64,000 bases of DNA from Octopus sinensis (taxonomy: Eukaryota), in NCBI RefSeq assembly GCF_006345805.1, contig NC_043002.1, positions 806,001 to 870,000 on the forward strand, read 5' to 3'. Positions 24,515 to 38,179 of the stretch are shown one piece after another. The position numbers and the translations under genes were made by a program. The notes beneath the pieces are model-generated. The model was not told the DNA's origin and did no database searches. It saw only the letters and a list, made by a program, of their open reading frames with translations. Numbering within the stretch: the first letter of the stretch is position 1; every line of letters starts with the position of its first letter.

Positions 24515-27027
24515 TATTGGTTACAGGTTTTGAATGGACCTCTGCGTTTCTGACAGTAAAAGAGACAGAGGGCTGTTGGTGAAACTGAGGGGAAATAAAT
24601 AATAAAGTTTTTCTGTTTGAGACGCCAGTTTTTTGACAATTTTGAGCAAGTTTCTCAACTACAAAGTCGTATTTGTATTGTTAATCCTCAAATTTGCTGC
24701 ACAGTTAAAAAACCTACTTTGTTTAAACACTTGACACCTAACAGATGCAGACACGGCTGTGTGGTTGAGAAAGCATGGGGTACCTTGGTTAAGTGGCTTC
24801 TGGTATAGCACTGGGATGATCAAAGCCCCGTGAGTGAATTTAGTAGAGGGAAATTGAAAGAAACTCATTCTGTATGTATGAGGAATATTAGCAAAGTCCC
24901 AACCACCAACAGACCTTGGCTATATATATATATAAATGGTGCATCTGCTAATCAGTGGTCATATCACTGCCAAGATTAATGGGGGCAGCAACTTATGCCA
25001 CTTGACAATGGCTGCTAGTCTGCTGACACTCATCTGTCACAGACAGATTCACAAACTGATTCATCATGGCTTTCTATCTCCGTCTCTTTCTCTCTCATTA
25101 TAAACATGTGTATGTGTGGGTAGGTGTCCTTTTGTTTTGTTTTCTTTTTTCTGTTTTAGCATCACACACTGTAAGTGTTATTATCATACAAATGGTGTTT
25201 TCATTTCCAATTTTGCATGAAAATGTTTCCAGTGATGGGGAAATATCTTGCTTGGAAACAAGTGAGGTAACAAGAAAGGCATCTGGATTTAAGATTATGC
25301 TTTGTGGTTGACTGCAATCTATTTTCATGAAAATTATGGAGTCTGCTAATTGTCAAAGGAATAACTCTATATTATAAAGTATTTTGGGATTATAACCTGC
25401 AGAGAGACTGTACAGGCCAAACAACTTGATGTTTACAATTTCAATGGATCATCATCATCAACTTCATAATTTAATCCCTATTTCTAGATGGAATTTGTTG
25501 AGACAGATTTTCTACAGCTGGATGCTCTTCCTGTTGCCAACCCTCACCTGTTACCAAGGAAGGTAATATTCCCTCCAAGACCAGACTTATTTTTATGGAA
25601 GACTGGAAATGAAGGATACGGCTTGTTTGATGGTAACATTCATTTTCAACCATTGCAAGAAGCCAAGCCAAGGAGACACTAATATACACACACATGACGG
25701 GCTTCTTTCAGTTTCCATCTTCCAAATCCACTCACAAATTTTTGGTCTACTATACCAGAAGACACTCACTCAAGGTACCACACAGTAGGACTGAACCTGA
25801 GACTGTGTGGTTGGGAAGCAAACTTCTTACCACACGGCTATGCTAATGATCTGTGTTTATGTATTAGACACCGTTCAGAATATATGACTCAGCAACGGAG
25901 ATATAGGAAGCAGAAGCCATTCCACCAAAGCCACAAATTCTTCATATGAATTTATTGCTACTAGACTTGTTCTAAAACAATTTTGTGATAATAATTCCTA
26001 GAGAGAACATACTGGTAAGTCTGAAATGACCATTCTTTGCTAGTTAGGTTGACATGACTCAACTAATCTTGAGGCTGTTGGTGAGTCTAAAGATGATGGT
26101 GTGGACATTGATAAGGGTGTAGTGGAATATTCAGCAATCAACCAATGTCATGATTCACTGGAATGTTGTTTACATAATCAGCAAATTCGACCAATTGCAA
26201 CTTTGCATGTAAAGAATATTACACATGTGATCGACAGAGTCTGGCCAATCATGGCTTCATGTGGAAATAGGCTGCAGCAACCATCTCAACTTTTGGCATG
26301 TTCCCTTCTGAGCCCATTAATAGGTATAAAATGACACACACCTGTGGGATATAGTTGAGACACCAAGGTAGCCAGATGGTGCACAGATAGAGGCTGAGCT
26401 CAGCTAATATCATTGGAATGAGCTTTCTGCTGTAACACAACAACTCACTGTTGTGACTTTTTCAATACGATTACAATAACACCCAAACCCTTTCAATAAG
26501 AATTAAAGTGGGTTCATAAAAACCACAACAGATTTCGTCATTCTCTTCTATATAAAACTTTTGACCTCCAACACTAGAAATAACAGCCAGCACCCCAGAA
26601 CTAACAGCCAGTTCACAACATCCGCAGTCATACACAGCTCCTAGCAATTAGTGAATCAGCACAAATACAAGTGCTAACGACACATCCTCCAACAACAAGG
26701 CTCTTTTATTCTTTCGTGCCTTGCATCATTCTCATTTGCTAACACCATAATTGGATTTTAAAAAAAAACAACAACTTTAGAATTGATAAAATTTGGGGAA
26801 ACAGTTGAGACTATTTTAGCTATAAGCAAGGACATGGCTGTGTGGTTAAGAAATTTGATTTGTAGTCATGTGGTTCCCAGATCAATTCCACTACATGGCA
26901 CTTTAGTGAGTGAAATTGGTTGACTGAAATTGCATAGAAGCATGTCAGATGAATAGTAACGAGTTATAGTTTCTCATTCCTATCAGCTAACTCTGACAAA
27001 GACTTTGGAAAAGGTCATGGGCAGTGT

Positions 27028-30000
27028 TGTAGTGAACTCTAGTGAACTTCCTCTCTATTATGTATAAATACTTATGAACGTAGCAGGTAACAGCTAACCT
27101 TTGGATGCTGTTTTAGACCCTGTTCTGTCTATCACTCTGATTGGTTGGTATTAGCACAATTTATCTCTTACTCTATCACATGCAACCCAACCAATCACAG
27201 CCTCCAAATAAGGCACGTGAGACAGTCTTTTCTAAACAGCATTTGAGCCTACCATTAGCTATAAAAACTCACCTCCTTTTAATCTCGAGGTCTGTTGGTT
27301 CCAGACTTTCTAAGGTCCAACCACTGACCACATTGTAGTGATCTCTATCTTCATCACCACCATCATGTCTCTCACCAATGTTGTCAACAATATCTACATT
27401 GCACTAGTTCTAACATATCGCTGTTTGTGAGCTTTCCTCACCAGGGTTAACAGCTAACATACAGCCCATGCAGGTGCATGTAGATATATGAATAAATGTC
27501 CATCAACCACTTTAATTCAGCTTGTGTATATATATACATGTAGCCACAATAAACGTATTTAAAGTTATCACCTTTGTTCCATGTATTTCTTCATCCAGGT
27601 TTTCTACCAAACGAGATTACACCCTTCTGAGTGAGTCATATTAGGTGGCTCAACAACAACATACCCATCTATAAGGATGACCCCGACGCAACATGGACAC
27701 TTATCCTTCTAAAATGGTGACCCATGATGTTCCAGACCACCACACCATCTATAATGGTGAACCCGGACATGGAAAACATATCTTTCTATAATGGTAACCC
27801 CGATGTAGCATGGAACACACATCTGCAATGATGATCCTGACGTGGAATACATCAACTTGACTATCCAACTATAATGGTGACCCGACGTGTAAAACACACC
27901 ACGATGATCCAGACCACCATCCATGTAAAATGATGACCATGATGTTCCACACCATTAAACCAACTAAAATGGTAACACAACACAGCACACACTAAAAGCC
28001 CATCAACTTACCAAATGTGGACCCCACATCTTATGTCACACAACTCAGGTCATTCTTTGCTGACCTGCCACCAATGCTTCTTCATGACCAATCTATTTCT
28101 TCTACAGTACCTCCGGATATTTCTACCTGGACTCACATCTTTCTAAGAAATGATGCTGTCAAGGGACCACTCACACCTCCCTACACTGGACCCTATCACG
28201 TTCTTAGAAGCACACCGAAACTGTTCTCTGTGGACCCCTTTCTTTGCTGAAGGTTTCCCCTTGTATACTTGCATTGTAATTTTCACATTGCTCCAGTTTT
28301 GATTGTTAAATATTTTGTTCATATTTAAGAAAAAAATTTGCTCAGCATTCATACATACACTTATACATACATGCTGTCTGCCTCATTCTATCCACTCCAA
28401 CACCTTTCTAGGTTTATTCTAGCAGAACACTTTTCTCAAGCTTTTTCTCGTCTGGCAAAAAGCTCTTTATGTGTTTCTTCTCTGGTTTGTAGGATGCACG
28501 AACCACCTCTTATAAATGTATATTTTTTTGCATCTTGTAGAGTTCCATGCATTTTCTTCCTTTGGTACCTGGTCAACACCAAGTCTCTTGCAAGTTGGAA
28601 CGTCTTTCTTTTGTCACCATTTTTATAGCTTGACTCGCTTTGCTAGTCACTGTCACTTTTCTAGCACCCACAGCCTTTGCCTCTGCAAATGATTCATGGT
28701 TTTGCAGGCAAATTCTTGGCCCTGCTCATTCTCACACCAGCCAATATTCTCTCATTTACCTTGATTTTTCACATTCCAGTGATTTCCAATAAGCTGGACG
28801 TAGGTCCATCATGGCTGGCTATGCAATCTTTTTTACTTCTTTGCTACAGAAATATCTTCCTTTTATCGTCTATTTTGTCTCCCACAAAATGACTTCTGGG
28901 GGGAGGGGGGCTGTCTGTAGTGAACTTCCTCTCTCTATTATGTATAAATACTTACAAACATAGCTGGTAACAGCTAACCTTTGGGTGCTGTTTTAGACCC
29001 TGTTCTGTCTACCACTCTGATTGGTTGATATTGGCACAATTTGTCTCTTACTCTATCACATGCCAATATTCAACCCAACCAATCACAGCCTCCAAATAAG
29101 TCACATGAGACAGTCTTTTTTAAACTTGAGCCTACCATTCATCATCATCATTTAACGTCTGTTTTCCATGCTAGCATGGGTTGGATGGTTCGACTGGGGT
29201 CTTGGAAACCAGGAGGCTGCACGAGGCTCCAGTCTGGCAGTATTTCTACAGCTGGGCGCCCTTCCTAATGCCAACCACTCTGTGAGTGTAGTGAGTGCTT
29301 TTTACATGCCACCGGCATGGAAGCCAGTCAAGGCAGCGCTGGCATTGGCCACATTCGGATGGTGCTTTTTATGTGACACTGGCACGGGTATGACAGCTAC
29401 AGTTTCCATTTTATTTTTATTTTGATGTACTTGACTCAATAGGTTTCCTCAAGCACAGCAGGTCGCTCTACAATCCAAGGTACTTTTGAATGGGCTGGGG
29501 CTGGTTATGCGAAACTGGTGTAGGATACAGCCGTGAACTCACTTCATTTGTCAGGTCTTTGCAGTTACAGCATATCTCCAGAGGTCTTGGCCTTTCGTCA
29601 TTGCCTCTGTGAGACTCAAAGTTTGAAGGTCCTGCTTGACCACCTCATCCCATGTCTTCTTGGGTATACCTCTACCCCAGATTCCTTCAACTGTTTGGGA
29701 GTGGTAGTTCTTCACACATCTCTCCTCATCCAATCGTAGTACATGACCATACCAGCGCAATTATCTCTCCTGCACGCCACATCCAATGCTTCTTATGTCC
29801 AGCATTTCTCTTAGGGTGCTTACACTCTGTCGTGTGTGCACACTGACATTACACATCCAGCGGATCATGCTAGCTTCATTTCTTTCGAGCCTACGCATGT
29901 CCTCTGCAGTCACGGCCCATGTTTCACTGCTGTGAAGTATGGCAGTTCGCACACATGCATCGTACAATCTACCTTTCACTCTGAGCGAGAGACCCTTTGT

Positions 30001-30621
30001 TGCCAGTAGGAGTAGAAGCTTTCTAAACTTTGCCCAGGCTATTCTTATTCTAGTGGTAACACTCTCTGAGCATCCACCCCCACTACTAACTTGGTTACCT
30101 AGGTAGTGGAAACTATCAACTACTTCTAGATTCTTCCCCTGGAGTGTGATGGAATCTGTTTTCTGTGTGGTGTCTATTGCCCCTGTGCATTTGCTGCACC
30201 TGAAAGCTATCTTCTTGGTTAACTCCTTCTAATCTTGGAGTGTGTTGGTTCTAGACTTTCTAAAGTCTAACCATTAACCACATTGCAGTGATCTCCATCG
30301 TCATCGCCACCATCATGTCTCTCATGTCAACAACATCTACACATCACCAACACACTGCACTAGTTCTAACATATCGCTGTTTGTGAGCTTTCCTCACCCA
30401 GGGTTAACAGCTAACACACAGCCCATGCAGATAAATGAATATTAATCAACCACTTTCATTCAGCTTGTGTATATATACGTGTGGCCCACATTGATGACAT
30501 TTAAAGTCACCACCTTGTTTCATGTATTTTCTTAATTCCGTTTTCCTACCAAACGAGATCACAGCCTTCTGAGGGGGTCACAATAGGGGGAGGGGGTTCA
30601 ACAACAACCTACCCATCTATA
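27028..30621 (+). mobile_element. Non-autonomous Gypsy-type LTR element with both LTRs, PBS region, PPT and TSD
   Basis: 5' LTR 27028-27673 and 3' LTR 28916-30621 (interrupted by an RTE) both start TGTAG and end CTATA. TSD gtgt at 27024-27027 and 30622-30625. PPT ggggggagggggg at 28898-28910. Integrase GPY/F remnant HIFLRNDAVKGPLTPPYTGPYHVL (ORF 28017-28250). No gag or RT. Confidence 0.9.
29139..30222 (-). mobile_element. 5'-truncated RTE LINE inserted in the 3' LTR
   Basis: ORFs 29761-29979 (KGRLYDACVRTAILHSSETW) and 29551-29760 (RWYGHV...KKTWDEVV); (ATC)n tail at 29139. Confidence 0.9.
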
Positions 30622-30733
30622 GTGTCTTTCTTACTCAGGCAAAACCTTAAGAATAACAAACCAAAACAAAACATTCATTAATTATCGAATTCTTGTAGAA
30701 CATATTCGAAGGGAGGCTGGAAAATATAGTAAC

Positions 30734-31093
30734 ACTAGCAGTATCGCCCGGCGTTGCTCGGGTTTGTAAGGGAAATAACTATAAAGCATTTTTAGAGAGT
30801 TATAGCCAAAAAATGGAAAAAAAATTATGGTAAATTTTTTTTAGTTAAAAAGGTCGAGTTGCGACCCCTAGACAGTCTGTGGTTTGTGTTTCTGATTCTC
30901 GACCCCATGTCGAATTTATCGATTTTTTTCAGAACTGGGGGAACTTTTCAAAATTTTCGCTGCGTTAGTTTTGAATTATGACATTGGGCTATGTGTGTGT
31001 CAAGTTTCATCATAATTGGTTGAAAGCCGTGGTCAGGGTGAGGGTACAACCTAACAGACACACAGACAAACTGCCGTTTATATAGAGAGAGAT
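30734..31093. mobile_element. Non-autonomous Helitron/Helentron-type element (Lep1/HINE-like)
   Basis: Starts actagcagtatcgcccggcgttgctcggg and ends caagtttcatcataattggttg...acagacacacagacaaac...tttatatagagagagat. This layout (CTAG-type start, near-terminal hairpin, ACAG microsatellite, TATAGAT-type end) is known for Lep1/DINE-like elements. Confidence 0.65.
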
Positions 31094-31859
31094 TAAAAGG
31101 ATTGCTGTCGACCCCAGAGAGAAGGCATTCAGGAAAAGCGTCCACTCAAAACCAGGAAGAGAAATTAAGAATAGCAAGGGAGGTAATTATGGTTTTATCA
31201 GGTCGAAAACTGTTTATTTCAATTCTCAAATATTCCATATGTAAACATCATTTATTTAAATAGTTAATATTTAAACATTTCATATTTATTAACTCCCCCC
31301 CCCTCTGTGTGTGTGTGTGTTTATCTGTAGATATTTCCCATATATTAACTTTTAGAATGCAGCAAAACAAGAAATCTTTGCTTATGAACAGGTTTTTGAA
31401 GCTTAACTTTTAAAGCGAGATATCACCAAGTTTATGAGACTGAATTAAATGTTTTCTTTTAAAAAATAAACGTATTTTAAAGTTTCCAAGTGGTTTCCCT
31501 TTTTCCTAAAATTTATACCGCACAACGATGATGTATATATGATCAGAGGTAATGTAATTTGGGAAAAAATGATTCTAATAAGATATATATAATTATTTTT
31601 TGGTGCACAATAACCAAAATACCAAATTCCTACAGTCTGATACTTATTTGTATTAAAAACAGCTGTTAATGTTTTCTTAGGATACACCTCAGGAAAATTG
31701 CACTGAATTACTGATATACTAGAATGTAAAATGAATGAATGTCTTTTCTTTGGCAAGAACATCAAATCATTTCTATTTTGCCTGGAGGTTGTTCATCCAC
31801 CGTTTCTTCATTAGAAGCCCAACGCAATTAACGCAGTCCACTAATTAAATAGCCATGAA

Positions 31860-32365
31860 AGCCTCACCTAATTATCTCCCCCTGTGTTGGGCCAGGTGTC
31901 GCTGCGGTCGGCGCAGTGTCACGTAAATAGAAACCAAAGACGGCGATGGAGGATGTTTACCGATTCCCGAAACCCTAAAACAAGAAAAAGGTTTGTTTAC
32001 TTGAAACATTTCCATATTTGCTTCCACACAACGATACATGGAAGTCATAGGGATTATTTCCCGCTCTGCTGTAATACTCTGCCCTGAATACGCAGCAATT
32101 TAGGCGTGGATTCTATGGGAGGCAGTCGTCTGCAATGTTGAGAAGAATTCATTCCAAGAAACGGTCGAAGATTCCGGTCGGCTTTTTAAGTATTTTACAC
32201 AATCTTCATAGAATTAGACATATGCACATTTTCTCTTTACCTTGTCTTTTATTTGCTCGCAAATTGCCGTTAATTGTTATTTTCTAATTGTTGTAATTAT
32301 ATTTGAAACTTTCTATGTCGTACAGCTTTAGACATACACACCCACATGGGTGTGTATGTATATGC

Positions 32366-32410
<45 letters not shown>

Positions 32411-32830
32411 GGGAGAAAAAGAAAAAAAAAAAGAAGAATACTCGATACTTTCAGTTGAGTGACATCATTCATTGCTGAGTTTTAACATATTCTTGCTCCG
32501 GGTGCCTCCCTTGATGTCGACCTTCGAACAAAACAACGACAGGCATCTATGAATTCAGAATAACCATCTGCGAGAATTTAACTCCGAATAAAAAAGGAGT
32601 ATCGTTATGTGTGTGTGTTTAGAGCAACAACCAAAATACTTTTCTGGCAATTTACGTTCCGACGGCGGCACCTGCAAAGCTCCCCTCCACATGGCACCCA
32701 ACTCGGCACAGTGTCGCCGCAGACGTTGTCGTCTTGAACGCAAAAAGCCAGAACATGTACTGCAAGCCATCCTGTCTACCGTTTTTTTTAACAATTTTAA
32801 TATTGCACCACCCTGAATGGCTACTTTTTT
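31860..32830. promoter_or_regulatory. CpG-rich promoter-like island, likely the WDR37 TSS region and possibly bidirectional
   Basis: Dense CpG at 31895-31975 and 32500-32780. GTCACGT at 31918-31924. + donor AAG|GTTTGT at 31991; minus donor AG|GTGAGG at 31867. Confidence 0.6.
31930..31990 (+). other. WDR37: Candidate non-coding exon 1 of WDR37 (start position unknown)
   Basis: Donor at 31991. The next clear + acceptor before the WDR37 ATG is ttttcag|A at 52454. The link is inferred, not shown. Confidence 0.4.
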
Positions 32831-33856
32831 TTATCGACCCTGAAAGGCTATAAAAATATGTTTGTGTGTGTGTGTGTCCTCGCCATTGTTTTACGTCCGC
32901 TTTCCATGCTGGCATGGGTTGGACGAGGCGTCACGTTCAGAGTCAACACACCTATGCGAGGGTAATGGTGACCCAAGACAGGTGATGAGAGATTAGAGAA
33001 CATTGCTTGCTTAGACTGTGTGCATTTTCCTTGACGCCAGCTCCAGAAAGGTAGCTATGCCCTTGATATTACTAAAGGGAACTCACCCCATTACAGTTTT
33101 TGTTCATTTGCTAACATTTTTTTACAGAGTGAGAAGCATGAATGATAGTAATGAGAGGGTTATGTGATATGGAGTGGAACGACAGGAATAGTCTATATTC
33201 TAAAGTATGAATCTTCAAAGCAATATGACTGATATAAGGAGATGAGTGAGCCAGGAGATAGTGGTGACAGAGGCCCATGGTATGGGAGAAAAGGAATGAA
33301 TGTTGTAACAGAGAGAGAGAGAGATGACTAGCGGTAGAAGAGGGAAGAGTGTACGACGTACAAGTGGTCAAATGTTATCTACTTTACATTGGTGATGAGA
33401 TGGGTTTGAGGGGTTGACTGGTGAAAGTGCTAGCAAGTAGGTGGGTCCTGTGTAACAGTGAGTGACACAAACGGTGGTAGGAAGAGGACAAGAATAGGTA
33501 CAATGGCATCTTTAGTTAGACTGATTGGAAGTTGTGTATGACAAACGAAAGAGATCCACTGCAATCTTCAAGGCGAAGGTAAACGATACACACACCACCC
33601 ATTTCCAGAGTTTAGGTCTAAGATTAGGGTTACACTGAAAATGGGTGGTGTGCATATTCTTTACCTCCGCCATCTTCAATCCCACTGGAAGCTGGGTACA
33701 GTGTAAATAGAGGTGGTAGTGATAGAGAGATGACAAATAGGTGTGAGTGAAAACTGTAATGGTTAGTGAAGAGAGAAGCAAGTATGAGTGAGAGAGTGCA
33801 ATGTGTGGTGAACTGTAGAGAAATTCTCTGTTGCTGTTAGTCACTCCAACAGCTTT

Positions 33857-36800
33857 CATTATCATCACCATCATTTGACGTCCGTTGTCCATGCTGGCAT
33901 GGGTTGGATGGTTTGACCAGGGCTGGCAAGCTGGAATGCTGCACCAGACTCCGGTCTGATTTGGCATGATTTCTATGGCTGGATGCCCTTCCTAATGCCA
34001 ACTACTCCAAGAGTTTAAGGGGCGCTTTTATGTTCTTCCAGCACAGGTGCCATTTGCATGACACCAGTATCTGCCACAGCTACAATTTTACTTGGTTTGA
34101 TGGGTCTTCTCAAGCATGGCCTAATGCCAAAGGTTGTGGTCATTTGTCATTGCCACTGTAAGGCCCAACACTTGAAAGGTGCTTTTCGTGTGCCACTGGC
34201 ATTGGCCACCATGCCTCCGTGAGGCCCAACACTTGAAAGGAGTGTTCTATGTGCCACTGGCATGGGTGTCAGTTACGTGACATCAGCATTGGCCATGGTT
34301 ACAATTTCACTTGGCTTGACAGGTCTTCTCAAGCACAGCATATCGCCAAAAGTCTTGGTCACTAATCATTGTCTCCATGAGGCCCAATGTTTGAAGATCA
34401 GGCTTCACCACCTCATCTCATGTCTTCATGGGTCTACTTCTACCACAGGTTTCCTTTGAAATTAGAGATTGGCACTTCTTTACACAGTTGTCTTTGTCCA
34501 TATGCATCACATGACCATACCAGCGCAGTCGTCTCTCTTTCATACCACATCTGATGCCCCTTATGCCCAACTTTTCTCTCAAGATGCTTACACTCTGTTG
34601 AACATGTACACTGACATTGCACACCCAACGATGCATACTGGCTTCATTTCTTTCATTCCTGCACATGCCCTAGGCTGTCACAGCCCATGTTTCACTGCTG
34701 TGTAGCGTGGCTGTTTGCACATAGGCATCATACAATCTGCTTCTCACTCTGAGCAAGAGGCCCTTTGTTGCCAACAGAGGTAGGATCTCTCTGAACTTTG
34801 CCCAAATTGTTCTCACAGCAACACTCTTGGAGCATCCACCTCCGCTACTAGCTTGGTCACCTAGATAACGGAAGCTATCTACTACTTCTAGCTTACCCCA
34901 CTGGCAGTTGATGGAGTCTATTTTCTGTACATTTTTGCTGTTTATTCTACCTGTGCATCTTCCACACACAAAAGCTATTTTCCCTGTTAACCTTCCTCTG
35001 ATATTGCTGTACCTCTTATGTGTCCATAACTTACACTAGGTACATCTTACAGAGTTTCTACCTACACTTTTTTTACCTATTGAGCAGGGTCATCTACTTG
35101 ACGGGATTTGTGATTTGTCTGCCTTCCTATTTACTAAGACGTTGGATTTTGCTAGGTTGACTTCAAGGTCCTTCGATTCTAGACTTTGCTGAAACTTCTT
35201 CTTTAGATCTGGTAGTGAGTCAGCTATAAGAACAAAGTCATCAACATAGAGGAGGCCCAGGGGTGGCCTGTATTAAATTCCTCTGTTATTGCCTGGAGGA
35301 CTATGATGAACAAGAGGAGGCTGGGGATTGATGCTTGGTGAACCCCTACTTCTACCCGGAATTCTTCGCTGTATTTGTTGCCAACGCTTGCCTTACTGAC
35401 AGTGTCCCTGTACAAGGCTTGTGCAGCTCTCACCAATTGCTCATCTATCTCTAGTTTCTGCATTGATCACCAGATAAGGGATCGGGGAACCCTGTCAAAG
35501 GCTTTCTCAAAGTCAACAAATGCCAAATACAGAGGTTTATCTTTGACTATGTATTTCTCCTGCAGCTGCCTTACCAGAAATTTAGCATCAGTGGTGCTTC
35601 TTCCTGCACAAAACCAAACTGCATCTTAGCTAGACTATCTCTCTCCCTAATTAGTTGGGTTATCACCTGATCCAACAATTTGATACCTCTGTAATCATTT
35701 TTATGTAAGGCATCACTTTTACCCTTGTAGCAGTTGACTATGGTCTGCTCCACTATTGGGTATGACTCCTTTGTGTACCAACTGATTTATAATATGGGTG
35801 ACTAACCCATTGTGCCAGATATTTTAAACATCTCAGTGGTGACGCCTGTTGGGCCGGGAGCTTTCCCTGTCTTCATATCCTTAATTGCTTTATCTACCAA
35901 GGTACTGTCGATTTGCTGGTACCTCATTTGGATCAACATTTGGCTAACTCTCTTCCTCCCCCCCAGTGGCATTTCCAAGCCTCTTTTCGTTGCAGAATCA
36001 TTAAGTGCAAGCGAACTCTCATCCATGTGGACACGTTTCTTTCCTATTGCATCACAGTTTGCTCTCACACACTTTCTTGCAATCCCAAACACTTCAAGTC
36101 TTTGGTCCACATGTCACTGAACATAGGCAAACTTCTTCTTTTCTGATTCTCCCTGTCTCCTAGCTTCCCTTCTGGCTATCTGATACAGTTCCACACTGCC
36201 CTCACTCTTCCAGGCCTTGTTCTTTACCCTAATATCCTTGTCTACTGCATTGTTCCACCACGATGATGTCACCCTAGATCTGGATGGGACTTTGCACCTG
36301 CCACAGATTTGGTCTGTGGCACTCAGCACGCTATTCTGCCGGAATTCTCAGTTGCCCTCAATATCACAAGTTTGTAGCTGCTCCTCCCTCTCAAATTTCT
36401 CAGTTAGGATGTCCTTAAATCTCTGACCATGTGAAGGGTCTTTAAGCTTCTAAATCCTTCTTTCCCAGATTGGCCTACTTCTTGGCTTCCTTCTGGCCTG
36501 ACATCTAAAGTCACTCACGACTAGTCCATGCTGGGTGGGTGGCTGTTGGGTACATTCTTCACCAGAGAAGGTCTTTGTATTGAGGAGCAACCATATATTC
36601 TGCTGTCTGGTGAGAATGTAATCGAGCTGGCTAGCATAGTCACCTGATTGATAGGTTATCAGGTGGCTGGTTTCTTAAAGTTAGTGTTGCAGATCAATAG
36701 ATTATTCGCATCACAGAACTCCAGTAGCCTTGTCCTCCCTTTGTTTTGGGAACCAATTCCATGGCCCCCATGAATATCATGGAAGATACTGAGCTGCTGC

Positions 36801-37300
36801 CCGATATGCCCATTGCAATCCCCAGCCATGAAGATGAGATCATTGACACTTGTCTTTGAGATAGCCTGCAGAAGAACATCAGAAAAGTGGTCCTTTTCTT
36901 CATTTGGTAGGCTTGCGTGGGGGTGGGGTGTTGGCAGAGATAATTGTTGCTATACTATTCTGTAAAACTAACCTGAGCTTAAGTACTCCTCACACTCTGA
37001 CTACCTGTATGACCGTATCCACCCATTTCTTTGCAAGAAGTATGTCCACACCACCTACCCTGTCACTGTTAGCTTGAAGTGTTTATACCTATGGGTCTTG
37101 CCTGTGAGTAACCTGGCTGAAGCTCTCCTCCATCTTACCTCTTGAATGCAACATATATCAACATGCTTCCATTCAAGCATCTCAACAATCTCACTAGACC
37201 TACCTTTCAATGTGCCTACATTGACAGTACCAACTCTGAAAACTGGGAAAGGGCTGTGGGAGGGAACATGGGAAGGAGAGGTGGTATTCAGCATCTGAAA
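33857..37300 (-). mobile_element. Near-full-length degenerate RTE LINE
   Basis: EN start FRVGTVNVGTLKGRSSEIVEMLE...VDICCIQEVRWR (ORF 37055-37312). RT EVGVHQ...LLFIIVLQAI (ORF 35224-35463). C-terminal LRWYGHV, 3' UTR and (ATC)n tail. Confidence 0.9.
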
Positions 37301-38179
37301 TGAAGGTTTCAAGACATGTCACATGAGCTATTCTTGCTTTAACCTACCTTCATTCAAACATGTTAAAATTGTTACCCCTATTGGGGGTGAGTGTAATGTA
37401 AGAGTTGTAAATATAAGCATTATTGCTGCAAACATAAATAGGCCAATGTTTAAACTAAATAAATGAGCCACTATTGGTTAGTCTATTATATAGAGAAAGG
37501 AGTAGGTGGTTTGTTAATTTACTAAGTAACACATCTTCTTTTGGTGCATGCAGTAGTGTGGGTGGAGGGTGGGGGAGCCATGCAAGTCTTCTGGTGCAGA
37601 AGCGAGGCAGAGCCTTGTAGAGGTTTCCAGCATGAGATTTCTGGTATAGACAGTGAGAGTGAAAATGGGTCGGCACATTGCGGACAAGTAAAGGCCAGCT
37701 TCACGTCAGGAAATGGCAGCCAAGATAGAAAGACATTAATGAGAGAGAGAGAGAGAGAGAGAGAGGAGTGATTGAGAGATGAATCTAGGGGCATGAGTAA
37801 TGGAAGCAAAAGAAAGGCTTGGTGTAAGGGACATAGGTGACAGTGACAAATGAATGATAGGGATATAAAATGTGAAGGATGAAAGATAGGGAGCAAGTGA
37901 TATGATGTTAAAGAGACGAGAGGCTGTCGACCCTCTCTTACAACCAACTCATCCATGTCATTTCCCTCTCTTTCTTCCTTCCCCTATCCACTACATTATT
38001 ATTACCATTCTGTTGCATTTGCCTGCTTCTCTAATGCCAGTCATCACCTATTCTCACCTTCCCCCAACTTCTTAATCACACAACCATGCCTGTGCCTATA
38101 TACATACTTATATATCATACATATGTGTGTGTATATATCTGCATGTATATAAGTATGTGTGTGTGTATATATATACACA

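Noticed and set aside
25868-26334. + strand exon candidates with strong donors at about 26015 and 26081 and a 77-aa ORF
   Set aside because: Stops in all frames of the candidate exon, no recognisable product and no consistent gene model.
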